DNA from: Bdellovibrio sp. | Lineage (GTDB): Bacteria; Bdellovibrionota; Bdellovibrionia; Bdellovibrionales; Bdellovibrionaceae | Length of the DNA: 64,000 nucleotides | Assembly: GCA_036676395.1 (NCBI GenBank) | Contig: JAKFCY010000002.1 | Location: 2,144,001 to 2,208,000, forward strand | Direction: 5' to 3' | In this document: piece by piece, positions 1 through 8,435 of the stretch | Layout of the letters: each line of letters begins with the position of its first letter | Position numbering within the stretch: position 1 is the stretch's first letter | Notes under the pieces: model-generated | What the model was told of the DNA's origin: nothing | The model's input: only the letters and a program-made list of their open reading frames with translations | The model's database searches: none | Program-made: the position numbers and the translations under genes

Positions 1-792
1 CATGTTCTGCGCTTAGCTTATTTTGCCGCCGACGCATCAGGATTACTAATCGATCATTTAGCCCACAAGCAACAATCGCAAATGGGTGATCAACTGGCTC
101 CATTAGCAACCAAATCTTTAAAAGGCCTTGTGATCATTATCGGAACCCTGGTGATCTTGCAAAATTTCGGCGTCAACGTGACAGCTATCTTAGCCGGTCT
201 TGGTTTAGGTGGCGTGGCCTTAGCGTTCGCAGCTCAAGACACCGTCGCGAATTTCTTTGGCACGATCACAATTTTATTAGATTCACCATTTCGTGTGGGC
301 GACCACATTAAAATTATTGATGTCGAAGGCACCATTGAAGAAGTGGGTTTTAGATCTACCCGCATTCGTTCATTAACTAATTCAGTGATCACTTTACCAA
401 ATTCTGTGGTGGCTAAAGAAAAAATCGATAACATCACTGAACGCCGGGGCATCTGCAGGTTTCGTCATATAGTGGGCTTCACCTATGCAGCTACACCAGA
501 ACAAATCGAGCATTTCGTCGAACAACTTCGCTATTACTTAAAACAAGATCCCCGCGTGAACCAAGAACGCATAGTAATTCAATTTCATGAATTGGCCGAA
601 AGCTCGCAAAATATTTTAATTCAGTTTCACTTCTTAGTGCAACCGCATGAAGCCGAGTCACAAATTCTACAGAAGTATTTATTAGATATCGTAAAACTAT
701 CTCAAGCTTCAAAACTTGATTTCGCCTTCCCGACCAGAACTTTAATAATGGAATCTACGAGCGTAAAACTAAACAGCGCGCAAACTATCTAA
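1..792 (+). CDS. mscS: MscS-family small-conductance mechanosensitive channel (5' truncated by window edge)
   Basis: Frame is open from base 1; motifs AGLGLGGVALAFAAQDTVANFF, PFRVGD, VGFRSTRIR, LPNS, FAFPT. Confidence 0.9.
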   Translation, partial: HVLRLAYFAADASGLLIDHLAHKQQSQMGDQLAPLATKSLKGLVIIIGTLVILQNFGVNVTAILAGLGLGGVALAFAAQDTVANFFGTITILLDSPFRVGDHIKIIDVEGTIEEVGFRSTRIRSLTNSVITLPNSVVAKEKIDNITERRGICRFRHIVGFTYAATPEQIEHFVEQLRYYLKQDPRVNQERIVIQFHELAESSQNILIQFHFLVQPHEAESQILQKYLLDIVKLSQASKLDFAFPTRTLIMESTSVKLNSAQTI

Positions 793-1356
793 CCAGTTTC
801 TAAAGCGCATAAACTGCGGGTCTGACTCTTCTGACATGACCTGCACGCGCTTTTTCTCTTTTTGGTCTTCAACTAATGAACACATCACTGAATAAACGTT
901 ACCATCGCTGGTGTCGGTGATGCGAACGATAAAATATCCAGAAACCCAGGCTGGAATCAGATCATTAAAATGAATGCCACCTTCAGATAAATCGATTGTG
1001 GTGGTGTTAAAATTTTGATTCTGACCCAGAACAGTGACATTAAATTCTTTTTCAATACGGTCATGCAAACGTGGGTGTAATACTTTTTTAGTTTTTACGA
1101 CGAAATAATCAGTATCTGTGCTTTCAATCGCGGCATCTGCATTTAGGGCCGGATAACCTTCTTCAAATTTTCCCACAGGGGCATACAGTTCAGGAAATTG
1201 TTCACGTGAAACTTTATGCCATTCTTTGTCGTGCTGTTTGCAGACTTTCACAAGCTTTATTTCGTTACTTGAGAGCGTGTTAATCAACAACTGAACTTCG
1301 CGCTCAGCCAGTGAATAAAGTGTCCACCCTTTTAAAGAATTATGTAAAGCCCACAT
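769..1356 (-). CDS. PilZ-domain (c-di-GMP-binding) protein
   Basis: RxxxR (RLHDR) and D/NxSxxG (DLSEGG) motifs; ATG at 1356 preceded by AGGGAG RBS. Confidence 0.75.
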   Translation of the reverse strand: MWALHNSLKGWTLYSLAEREVQLLINTLSSNEIKLVKVCKQHDKEWHKVSREQFPELYAPVGKFEEGYPALNADAAIESTDTDYFVVKTKKVLHPRLHDRIEKEFNVTVLGQNQNFNTTTIDLSEGGIHFNDLIPAWVSGYFIVRITDTSDGNVYSVMCSLVEDQKEKKRVQVMSEESDPQFMRFRNWLDSLRAV

Positions 1357-1378
1357 AGGTTGCTCCCTGTGAAAAGTA

Positions 1379-2614
1379 TTATTTTTTCTTTTTCTTAGCT
1401 GGTGCTGTCGGAAGCTTTGAAGCATCATAACCGACAGTTTCAGCTTTGATCTTTTCAGCTTCTAATTTCATTTTTTCAGCTTCAGCATTAGCTCTTTCGG
1501 TTTCAGATTTAACTTTGCTTTCTTCGGCCTGAGCTTTGAACTTTTCAACTGCCGCAGCTAAAGCTTCACGCTCTTGCTTGTTTTTCTCTGTGTCTTTTTT
1601 CATTTGTTCGATCTCAGCCTGGTTCTTTTTGATCTCAGCTTCTAACGAAGCTTGCGACTTTTTCAGCTGGTTCGACTCGGTGTTAAATTGTGCGCTTTCT
1701 TTTAGAAAAGTTGATTTAGTTTTTTCTAATTCAGCACGAGACTTTAAGTTTTGCTCTTTTAATTTATCTTCTTCTTTACGAACGCTTAAGAATTTTTCTT
1801 TTTCTTCGTTTAACTTCAATTGCGATTCTTTTTGTTCTGTTTCTATTTTTTTCACTTCTTCTTTTAAACGATCAACATTTGCCTGGGCCGTATCAATTAA
1901 CGATTTGTGTTTTGCTGCTTCAGCTTCGTTTTTCTTTTTTTCAGCTTCTGCACGTGCTTTTTCCTGAGTAAGCTTTGCTTCGTTCATTTTTAATTCAGCT
2001 TGCGCTTTTTGTGACTGCGCCTGGGCTTTAACTAAATTTTGCTGTAACGTTCTTTGTTCGTTCTGCTGTTCAGCCGTTTCTTTAATGGCTTTCGCTAATT
2101 CATCTTGTGATTTAGAGGTTTCTTTTTCAGTGTCTTTCCAGTTTTTTTCAGCATCACGGGCCGCTGTTTGGGCTGCTTTTGTTTTTTCTTTTGATTCAGC
2201 CGTTTGCTTTTTCAAAGCTTCAATTTTTTCATTAAACGATTTAGTCTTAGCTTCGAATTCAACTTTTTGTTTTTCGCTTTGCGCTTGCTGCTTTTCAGCC
2301 TCAGACATTTCAAGACGCATTTGCGCTAGTTCTTTTTCATATTGCGCTGTCATTTTTTTAGATTCAGCTTCGGCACCACGAGCTTTGTCTAAAGCTTTTT
2401 TTGCCTCATTTAAAACCTGATCATGCTTTTTCTTTTCTTCTTCTAAGCGCTTTTTAGCATCAGCTGCATTTATTTTTGCTTCAGCGGCATCACCGATCGC
2501 TTCTTCAGCCTGAATTTGCGTGTCAGTGGCATCTGCTGCTTGTACACTTTGGCTAACACCCTGAAATAAAAAAACAATTGAAACTAACAGAACAATTTTT
2601 TGCATCGAGAACAT
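1379..2614 (-). CDS. Exported long coiled-coil protein
   Basis: Signal peptide (..VQA-A), then ~370 aa rich in E/K/A/Q with heptad character; poly-Lys C-terminus. Confidence 0.75.
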   Translation of the reverse strand: MFSMQKIVLLVSIVFLFQGVSQSVQAADATDTQIQAEEAIGDAAEAKINAADAKKRLEEEKKKHDQVLNEAKKALDKARGAEAESKKMTAQYEKELAQMRLEMSEAEKQQAQSEKQKVEFEAKTKSFNEKIEALKKQTAESKEKTKAAQTAARDAEKNWKDTEKETSKSQDELAKAIKETAEQQNEQRTLQQNLVKAQAQSQKAQAELKMNEAKLTQEKARAEAEKKKNEAEAAKHKSLIDTAQANVDRLKEEVKKIETEQKESQLKLNEEKEKFLSVRKEEDKLKEQNLKSRAELEKTKSTFLKESAQFNTESNQLKKSQASLEAEIKKNQAEIEQMKKDTEKNKQEREALAAAVEKFKAQAEESKVKSETERANAEAEKMKLEAEKIKAETVGYDASKLPTAPAKKKKK

Positions 2615-2728
2615 ATAATAACCCCTTAAAACTCTATGAATTTATCTATTCATAGTAGCTCTGCTTCTTGAAATTGAATACTTCTTGCTTGTAATTAAAC
2701 ACTTAAGTCCAGATGAGCTTTCAAAACA

Positions 2729-3592
2729 TTATGTTTCTATCTGCGAATTGTTTGTTAAATCTTTTTTAAGAATGACGTCACGAGTGAATTCGTAACTGAA
2801 AAGTAAAGTTAAAGCGGTGTAATAAACCCAAACCAGTAATACAATTAATGACCCTGCGGCCCCGTATGAGGACTCAAGTCCTGCATTTCCCAAATACAAG
2901 CCAATAACCCGTTTACCGATTAAATAGAAAATCGTACTGATCACGCCTGAAATGATACAACTTTTATAAGTCGCCTTATCAGTGGGAACAAACCGGTAAA
3001 TGGCACTAAACACCAAGGCAAATAAACTAAAATTAACGGCAAACGAGACTAAGCCCCAAAAAAAACCCATACCTTCAGGATAAATAATCGCAATCACCAT
3101 AGTAAAAACTAAAGAGGCCACAGATAAAAAGGCAAAACCAAAAACTAAGCCCATCGAAAACAATTTACCCTTAACAAAAATCCAGAAACCACTGGGGTCT
3201 TTTGCAAAAGCGTGTTCATTAATTTTATCCAAAGCGATTTTTAGATTCGAAAAAATAGCTGAAGCTGAAATGGCTAAAACAATAACCCCAATGACTCCGG
3301 ATATTCCTGAAAGTTTTGGATTGCTGTCTGCACTTTCAATCATCGCCAATATGGTTCCCGCAATTTTTTCACCGACGGCTGTCGTTAAGCCTTCGTAAAT
3401 ATTTTGCTGCAAGTCTGGAGACAGTAATGATGCAAACGATAAAGTAATTAACAAAAACGGGGCAAGCGCCAGTGCCGTTGTGTAGGCCAAAGAACTGGCC
3501 ATAACAAAAATATCATGCTTACTTGCATTAGAAACCGCATTCGATAAGCGGGTTTTGAATTCAGAAAAGGGCATTTTTTGAATCAACTGCAT
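2729..3592 (-). CDS. YihY/BrkB-family inner membrane protein
   Basis: ASSLAYTTALALAP, IYRFVP, YGAAGSLIVLLVWVYY motifs; multiple TM helices. Confidence 0.9.
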   Translation of the reverse strand: MQLIQKMPFSEFKTRLSNAVSNASKHDIFVMASSLAYTTALALAPFLLITLSFASLLSPDLQQNIYEGLTTAVGEKIAGTILAMIESADSNPKLSGISGVIGVIVLAISASAIFSNLKIALDKINEHAFAKDPSGFWIFVKGKLFSMGLVFGFAFLSVASLVFTMVIAIIYPEGMGFFWGLVSFAVNFSLFALVFSAIYRFVPTDKATYKSCIISGVISTIFYLIGKRVIGLYLGNAGLESSYGAAGSLIVLLVWVYYTALTLLFSYEFTRDVILKKDLTNNSQIET

Positions 3593-3665
3593 ATGTTAAA
3601 TTTAAAAAGCAAACTTAGAACCAGCTTTTTTCGACCTATTCCGCCACAAACTCGAAACAGCTATC

Positions 3666-3690
3666 CAGTGACGCGCGTTTCGCGTCACTG
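3666..3690. promoter_or_regulatory. Perfect inverted repeat, candidate sigma54 enhancer (bEBP site)
   Basis: CAGTGACGCG-N5-CGCGTCACTG, 71-95 bp upstream of the predicted sigma54 start at 3761. Confidence 0.5.
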
Positions 3691-3734
3691 TCCAGTGGAT
3701 ATACAGCTCAAATCGCATAAATTGCTTTAAAACT

Positions 3735-3750
3735 TGGTCACACTATTGCT
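3735..3750 (+). promoter_or_regulatory. Sigma54 (-24/-12) promoter
   Basis: TGGTCACACTATTGCT with exact GG-N10-GC spacing; predicts +1 at G3761. Confidence 0.6.
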
Positions 3751-3760
3751 CTATATAAAA

Positions 3761-3812
3761 GCACCCCCCATGGCGGCTAGGCATCCCCCCCTTACCTGGC
3801 CGTCTTTTTTTT
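3761..3812 (+). ncRNA. Candidate ~52-nt C-rich small RNA
   Basis: 5' GCACCCCCCAU, 10-bp stem GGCGGCUAGG/CCUGGCCGUC, loop CAUCCCCCCCUUA, U8 tail. Confidence 0.5.
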
Positions 3813-3852
3813 CTCTTTTCTATAAAGCCCAAAAAAATGCTTAAATTAAGAA

Positions 3853-4557
3853 ATGCGATACGCATTACTTATCCCCATTTTACTATTAACTCTGATGGCA
3901 CAGGCCAATTTCGCTCAACCTGTCGCAAAACCCTTTGTGTTGGTGATTGATCCGGGACACGGTGGCGTCGATGTTGGGGCTGTGCGCGGAATTTTCAAAG
4001 AATCTGACATTACGCTTAAAGTAGCGCAAAAAATCCAGAGCCTGATTCAAAGCCAGTTCTCACAGAATATCGAAGTGATTCTCACTCGTGAAACAAACAA
4101 AAGTTTATCCTTAGAAAATCGCGTAAAAGTGGCCGAAAGACAAAACGCTGATCTTTTCATTAGCCTTCACGCCAACTCTTCACAGGCAAGTTATGTGAGC
4201 GGCATGGAGTTCTATTTTAGAAAAGGTGACAACAAAGTAAAAATGCCTGCGATTGAAGCCTCTATAGGAGTTAAAAAAATTATTGGCGATCTGACCAGCT
4301 TTGGTCAAACCAGACAGAGTCTTAAGTTTAATCAAATTTTGCAAAACCAAGTTAAGGCCTTAGGCAAAGACTCTAAAACCGTTATTAAACGCGCACCATT
4401 TTTTGTGATCGAAAAAACCACGATGCCTTCTGCGCTGATTGAAATTGGCTACATTTCCAATTTAAGCGAAGCGAAACTGCTTCTCACCGAAGAGCGTCAA
4501 CAAGAGATTGCTGAAACGATTGTCAAAAGCATTTACGGCTATAAAAATTCACTCTAG
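3853..4557 (+). CDS. N-acetylmuramoyl-L-alanine amidase (Amidase_3), exported
   Basis: IDPGHGG, ILTR, FISLHANS, LIEIGYISN motifs; signal peptide. Confidence 0.92.
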   Translation: MRYALLIPILLLTLMAQANFAQPVAKPFVLVIDPGHGGVDVGAVRGIFKESDITLKVAQKIQSLIQSQFSQNIEVILTRETNKSLSLENRVKVAERQNADLFISLHANSSQASYVSGMEFYFRKGDNKVKMPAIEASIGVKKIIGDLTSFGQTRQSLKFNQILQNQVKALGKDSKTVIKRAPFFVIEKTTMPSALIEIGYISNLSEAKLLLTEERQQEIAETIVKSIYGYKNSL

Positions 4558-4598
4558 ATTCCCTTTACTTTCACTCGAGGATTTAGTGTTATATCCAG

Positions 4599-5369
4599 AT
4601 GACAAATCCATCTCAACACTTCGTTCGCGCCGACAAACGTCTTCACAATCAACTTCGCCAAATTAAAATTACCGCGAATGTTTCAGACTACGCTGAAGGC
4701 TCTGCTTTAGTTGAATTCGGAAACACCCGCGTACTTTGCACAGCGACTTACGAATCGAAAGCCCCGCAATGGCTTGCTGGTTCTGGTGCTGGTTGGGTCA
4801 CTGCTGAATATGGCATGTTACCGCGCTCGACTCACACACGCATGAAACGCGAAAAAACGGCAAGTGGTGGTCGCACCCAAGAAATTTCAAGATTAGTTGG
4901 GCGCAGTCTTCGTTCATGTGTTGAATTAAAAAACCTAGGTGAAAAACAAATCATCATCGATTGCGATGTGATCAACGCCGATGGTGGAACTCGCACCGCT
5001 GCAGTTACAGGTGGATTTGTAGCGTTAGCTTTAGCTTGCAAAAAATTACAAGCCCTTGGTGAAATTAAAACTAATCCTATCAAACATTATGTCGCGGCAA
5101 TTTCTGTTGGTCTTTTTGAAGATGATAAAAATAATTTAATTCCAATCTTAGATTTAAATTACGACGAAGATTCTGATATCGGCACAGATATGAATTTCGT
5201 AATGACAAATAAAAATGAATTCATCGAAGTGCAAGGTACGGCTGAAGAAGGCACGTTCTCGCGTCAGCAATTGTTTGACATGATGACGATCGCTGAACAC
5301 GGCTGCAAAGAATTATTTGAATACCAACAAAAAATCATCGGCGAGTATTATCCGCTGGTTAAGGCTTAA
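4599..5369 (+). CDS. rph: Ribonuclease PH
   Basis: AEGSALVEFGNTRVLC, GWVTAEYGMLPRST, ADGGTRTA, IEVQGTAE. Confidence 0.97.
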   Translation: MTNPSQHFVRADKRLHNQLRQIKITANVSDYAEGSALVEFGNTRVLCTATYESKAPQWLAGSGAGWVTAEYGMLPRSTHTRMKREKTASGGRTQEISRLVGRSLRSCVELKNLGEKQIIIDCDVINADGGTRTAAVTGGFVALALACKKLQALGEIKTNPIKHYVAAISVGLFEDDKNNLIPILDLNYDEDSDIGTDMNFVMTNKNEFIEVQGTAEEGTFSRQQLFDMMTIAEHGCKELFEYQQKIIGEYYPLVKA

Positions 5370-5371
5370 CG

Positions 5372-5968
5372 ATGGAACTTTGGATCGCCACTGGCAATAA
5401 AGGTAAACTTGAAGAATACAAAATGGCATTGCGTGCATTGCCAGAGATTCAACTTTTTCATCAAGGCGAAATCAAAGGCTTCACTGCCCGTCCAGAAGAC
5501 GGCGCAACTTTTTTAGATAATGCGCGCATTAAAGCAAAAACTTTAAAAGCGATTAAACCTGACGCTTTTGTTTTAGGTGAAGACGCAGGCCTTGAAGTGA
5601 CTGGTTTAAATAATTTACCCGGCGTTCACTCAGCACGTTACGCAGGTGCCAACGCAGCTGATAGCGAAAACGTCGCAAAACTTTTAAAGATGATGCAAAT
5701 CAGAAATATTTCTCCGCGCACGGCCCAATTTAAATGTGTGACGGTTGTATTAACTCCCGATAATCAAGAATGGATTTTCGAAGGCGTTATGAAAGGCGTG
5801 ATCAGCTCAAAGGCCACAGGGCAAATGGGCTTTGGTTACGACCCGGTATTTATTCCTGAAAATGAAACTAAAACTCTGGCAGAACTTGGTCCCGGTTATA
5901 AGATCCAGCACTCGCACAGAGCTCAAGCGTTGAATCAGTTTATTTCGAAATTGAATTCGACAAAGTAA
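5372..5968 (+). CDS. rdgB: dITP/XTP pyrophosphatase (Ham1/RdgB)
   Basis: ATGNKGK, PGVHSARYAG, GFGYDPVF, SHRAQA; follows rph. Confidence 0.96.
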   Translation: MELWIATGNKGKLEEYKMALRALPEIQLFHQGEIKGFTARPEDGATFLDNARIKAKTLKAIKPDAFVLGEDAGLEVTGLNNLPGVHSARYAGANAADSENVAKLLKMMQIRNISPRTAQFKCVTVVLTPDNQEWIFEGVMKGVISSKATGQMGFGYDPVFIPENETKTLAELGPGYKIQHSHRAQALNQFISKLNSTK

Positions 5969-5994
5969 CTGCACCACAGTCATAGGGGGATGAA

Positions 5995-6954
5995 ATGACA
6001 GATGCAAAAAACAGAAACTTTAAGGTGTTCGCAGGTAATACAAACCTCGAACTTTCAAAACAAGTCTGCAATATTTTAGGAATTCCGTTAGGTGAAAGCA
6101 AAGTCACAAGCTTTTCTGACGGCGAAATCCAAGTCGAGATTCACGAATCAGTGCGCGGCAAAGATATCTTTGTTATTCAAAGCACTTGTCCTCCAGTGAA
6201 CCAAAGTTACATGGAATTATTTATTATTCTTGATGCCCTTAAAAGAGCCTCGGCGGCTTCAATCACGGCCGTGATTCCGTATTACGGTTATGCCCGCCAA
6301 GATCGCAAAGTCGCCCCACGCGCACCGATCACCGCAAAATGTATGGCCGATTTAATCACTACAGCGGGAGCTGATCGCGTAGTATCCGTTGATCTTCATG
6401 CTGCCCAAATTCAAGGCTTTTTCAACTGCCCGTTTGATCACTTATTCGGAGTTCCGACTTTAGCCCGCGCCTGGAAAGACGCTTACGGCGAAGGCGAAGC
6501 TTATGTGACAGTAAGCCCTGATGCTGGCGGCGTTGAACGCGCCCGCGCCTTCTCTAAACGCATTGGTTCGACTTTGGCCATTATCGACAAGCGCAGAACG
6601 GCTCCGAATGAGGCTAAAGCGATGCATTTAATCGGTGATGTTCAGGGTAAAATTGCTGTGATCGTGGATGACATGATCGATACGGCTGGAACGTTAACAC
6701 AAGCTGTTGACAGCCTCCTTAAAAATGGTGCAAAACAAGTGTTCGCCGTTGCTACGCACCCGGTATTTTCTGGTCCGGCTATTAGCCGTTTACAAGAAAG
6801 TGCCATTGAAAAAGTATTTGTGACTGACACAATTCCTTTATCTGAGCAGGCAAAAAAATGCAGCAAAATCCAAGTCATTTCGGTGGCCGGGGTTTTAGCT
6901 GAAGCGATCAGAAGAATTCACGACCACGATTCAGTGAGTTCACTTTTCGACTAA
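5995..6954 (+). CDS. prs: Ribose-phosphate pyrophosphokinase
   Basis: FSDGE, PYYGYARQDRK, DLHAAQIQGFF, VDDMIDTAGT. Confidence 0.98.
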   Translation: MTDAKNRNFKVFAGNTNLELSKQVCNILGIPLGESKVTSFSDGEIQVEIHESVRGKDIFVIQSTCPPVNQSYMELFIILDALKRASAASITAVIPYYGYARQDRKVAPRAPITAKCMADLITTAGADRVVSVDLHAAQIQGFFNCPFDHLFGVPTLARAWKDAYGEGEAYVTVSPDAGGVERARAFSKRIGSTLAIIDKRRTAPNEAKAMHLIGDVQGKIAVIVDDMIDTAGTLTQAVDSLLKNGAKQVFAVATHPVFSGPAISRLQESAIEKVFVTDTIPLSEQAKKCSKIQVISVAGVLAEAIRRIHDHDSVSSLFD

Positions 6955-6973
6955 ATATTTTAACAAACAAACT

Positions 6974-7013
6974 CCACCGATGAGTAAGGCAATTAAGCCT
7001 GATGAGTAAGTGG
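6974..7013 (+). promoter_or_regulatory. Candidate L25-binding leader (5S rRNA loop E mimic)
   Basis: CCAC-C-GAUGAGUA-AGGC-AAUUAA-GCCU-GAUGAGUA-A-GUGG: two stems around a symmetric purine-rich internal loop, 17 nt before the rplY ATG. Confidence 0.6.
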
Positions 7014-7030
7014 TACAAAGAGAGAAAAAA

Positions 7031-7714
7031 ATGTCAAAACAAAGAATTGAATTAACAGTTACAGCTCGCGAAATCGGCCGTGCTAACTCACGCGAATTAC
7101 GCGTTAACAAAATGGTTCCAGCCGTAATCTACGGAGCTATGGAAAACCAAAACGTATCTGTACACGTAAATGATATCTTAAAATACAACACTCGTGCTTA
7201 CGAGAATGCTTTATTAACTTTAAAATCAACTGATTCTAAATTAAACGGCAAAGTAGCTTTAATTAAATCCGTACAAGTTAACCCATTATCTCGTCGTCCA
7301 GAACACGTTGATTTTTTCGCATTAGACATGAACAAAGCGGTTCGCGTATCTGTAGAGATCAAAATCGAAGGTAAAGCGATCGGTCTTGCTGAAGGCGGAT
7401 TATTAAATATCGTTATGCGTTCAGTTGAGATTGAGTGTTTACCAACAGCAATCCCTGATTTCTTAACTTTAGACGTATCTAACTTAGGCGTAGGCGATTC
7501 ATTACATGCTTCTGAATTAACAATGCCAGCGGGAGTTAAACTTATCTCTCGTCCAGAAGTTACTCTTGCAGCAGTTGTTGAACAAGAAGAAGAAGTTGTT
7601 GCAGCTCCAGTTGCAGCAGCAGCTACTCCAGCAGCAGCAGCGGGTGCAAAAGCTCCGGCAGCAGCAGCAGGCGCGAAAGCTCCAGCAGCAGCTAAACCAG
7701 CAGCAAAAAAATAA
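7031..7714 (+). CDS. rplY: 50S ribosomal protein bL25/Ctc (long form)
   Basis: VPAVIYG, HVDF, CLPTAIPD, GDSLH; Ala/Lys-rich tail; prs-rplY-pth synteny; ATG at 7031. Confidence 0.96.
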   Translation: MSKQRIELTVTAREIGRANSRELRVNKMVPAVIYGAMENQNVSVHVNDILKYNTRAYENALLTLKSTDSKLNGKVALIKSVQVNPLSRRPEHVDFFALDMNKAVRVSVEIKIEGKAIGLAEGGLLNIVMRSVEIECLPTAIPDFLTLDVSNLGVGDSLHASELTMPAGVKLISRPEVTLAAVVEQEEEVVAAPVAAAATPAAAAGAKAPAAAAGAKAPAAAKPAAKK

Positions 7715-7720
7715 TTTAGT

Positions 7721-7766
7721 TTATTCCTGCAAAGCAGGATGAATTATTCCTGCAAAGCAGGATGAA
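7721..7766. repeat. Exact tandem duplication of a 23-bp palindromic unit
   Basis: TTATTCCTGCAAAGCAGGATGAA x2 (7721-7743, 7744-7766); each contains the hairpin TCCTGC-AAA-GCAGGA. Confidence 0.9.
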
Positions 7767-7783
7767 CTTATTAATGACAAAAT

Positions 7784-7818
7784 AAAAAAAAGGCGACTTC
7801 ACAGTCGTCTTTTTTTTT
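7784..7818 (+). terminator. Intrinsic terminator after rplY (symmetric A/T tracts)
   Basis: A8-GGCGACT-TCAC-AGTCGTC-T9. Confidence 0.85.
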
Positions 7819-7832
7819 GCTTTAATACGCTT

Positions 7833-8414
7833 ATGTACTTAATCGCAGGCTTAGGAAATCCAGGTTCTAAATACGCAATGACCCGCCATAATATCGGGTT
7901 CATGGCCGCTGACTACTGGTTAAAATCTTTAGGTGGCGCTGACTGGCGCGACGAGCACAAAGCGATGACCAAAAAATTCAAAATCGAAGGTAAAGAAGTT
8001 CTCTTAGCCAAACCGCAAACCTTTATGAATTTATCTGGCGAATCTATCGTGGCGTTAATGAATTTCTATAAAATCGATCGTGCAAACCTTTTAGTTCTGC
8101 ATGATGAAGTCGATTTTCCATTTGGTACAATCAAAATGCAATTTAACCGCAGCGCTGGCGGTCAGAATGGCGTAAAAAGCATTACCCAATTATTAGGTAC
8201 ACAAGAATACGCTCGTCTTCGTTTAGGCGTGGGGCGCCCATCTCATCCTGATTTCGCGCTAGCTGACTACGTCTTAGGAAACTTCTCAAAAGAAGAGCAA
8301 ACAAACCTGGATAAGGTTTTAGATACTGCATCAGATGCCATCGAATGTTTTATATTAGAGGGCATAAATAAAGCCTCAACAAAGTTCAACGGACCTGTTA
8401 AGTTAGACCCTTAG
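7833..8414 (+). CDS. pth: Peptidyl-tRNA hydrolase
   Basis: GLGNPG, TRHNIGF, KPQTFMNLSG, HDEVD, RLRLGVGRP. Confidence 0.97.
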   Translation: MYLIAGLGNPGSKYAMTRHNIGFMAADYWLKSLGGADWRDEHKAMTKKFKIEGKEVLLAKPQTFMNLSGESIVALMNFYKIDRANLLVLHDEVDFPFGTIKMQFNRSAGGQNGVKSITQLLGTQEYARLRLGVGRPSHPDFALADYVLGNFSKEEQTNLDKVLDTASDAIECFILEGINKASTKFNGPVKLDP

Positions 8415-8435
8415 TAATTTTGCTAGGAGTATGTC

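Noticed and set aside
1536..2420. Plus-strand Phe/Ser-rich ORFs (1536-1967, 2085-2420)
   Set aside because: Antisense shadows of the Lys/Glu-rich coiled-coil gene.
6999..7030. CUGAUGAG hammerhead-ribozyme core upstream of rplY
   Set aside because: The required GAAA does not follow the short stem (GTA..TAC is followed by AAAG) and stems I/III are not evident; the loop-E mimic explains the sequence better.
7590..7714. GCA-rich repeats at the end of rplY
   Set aside because: They encode the Ala/Pro/Lys-rich low-complexity tail of long bL25, not a separate DNA repeat element.
7721..7766. CRISPR array
   Set aside because: Only two abutting units with no spacer, and no cas genes in the window.
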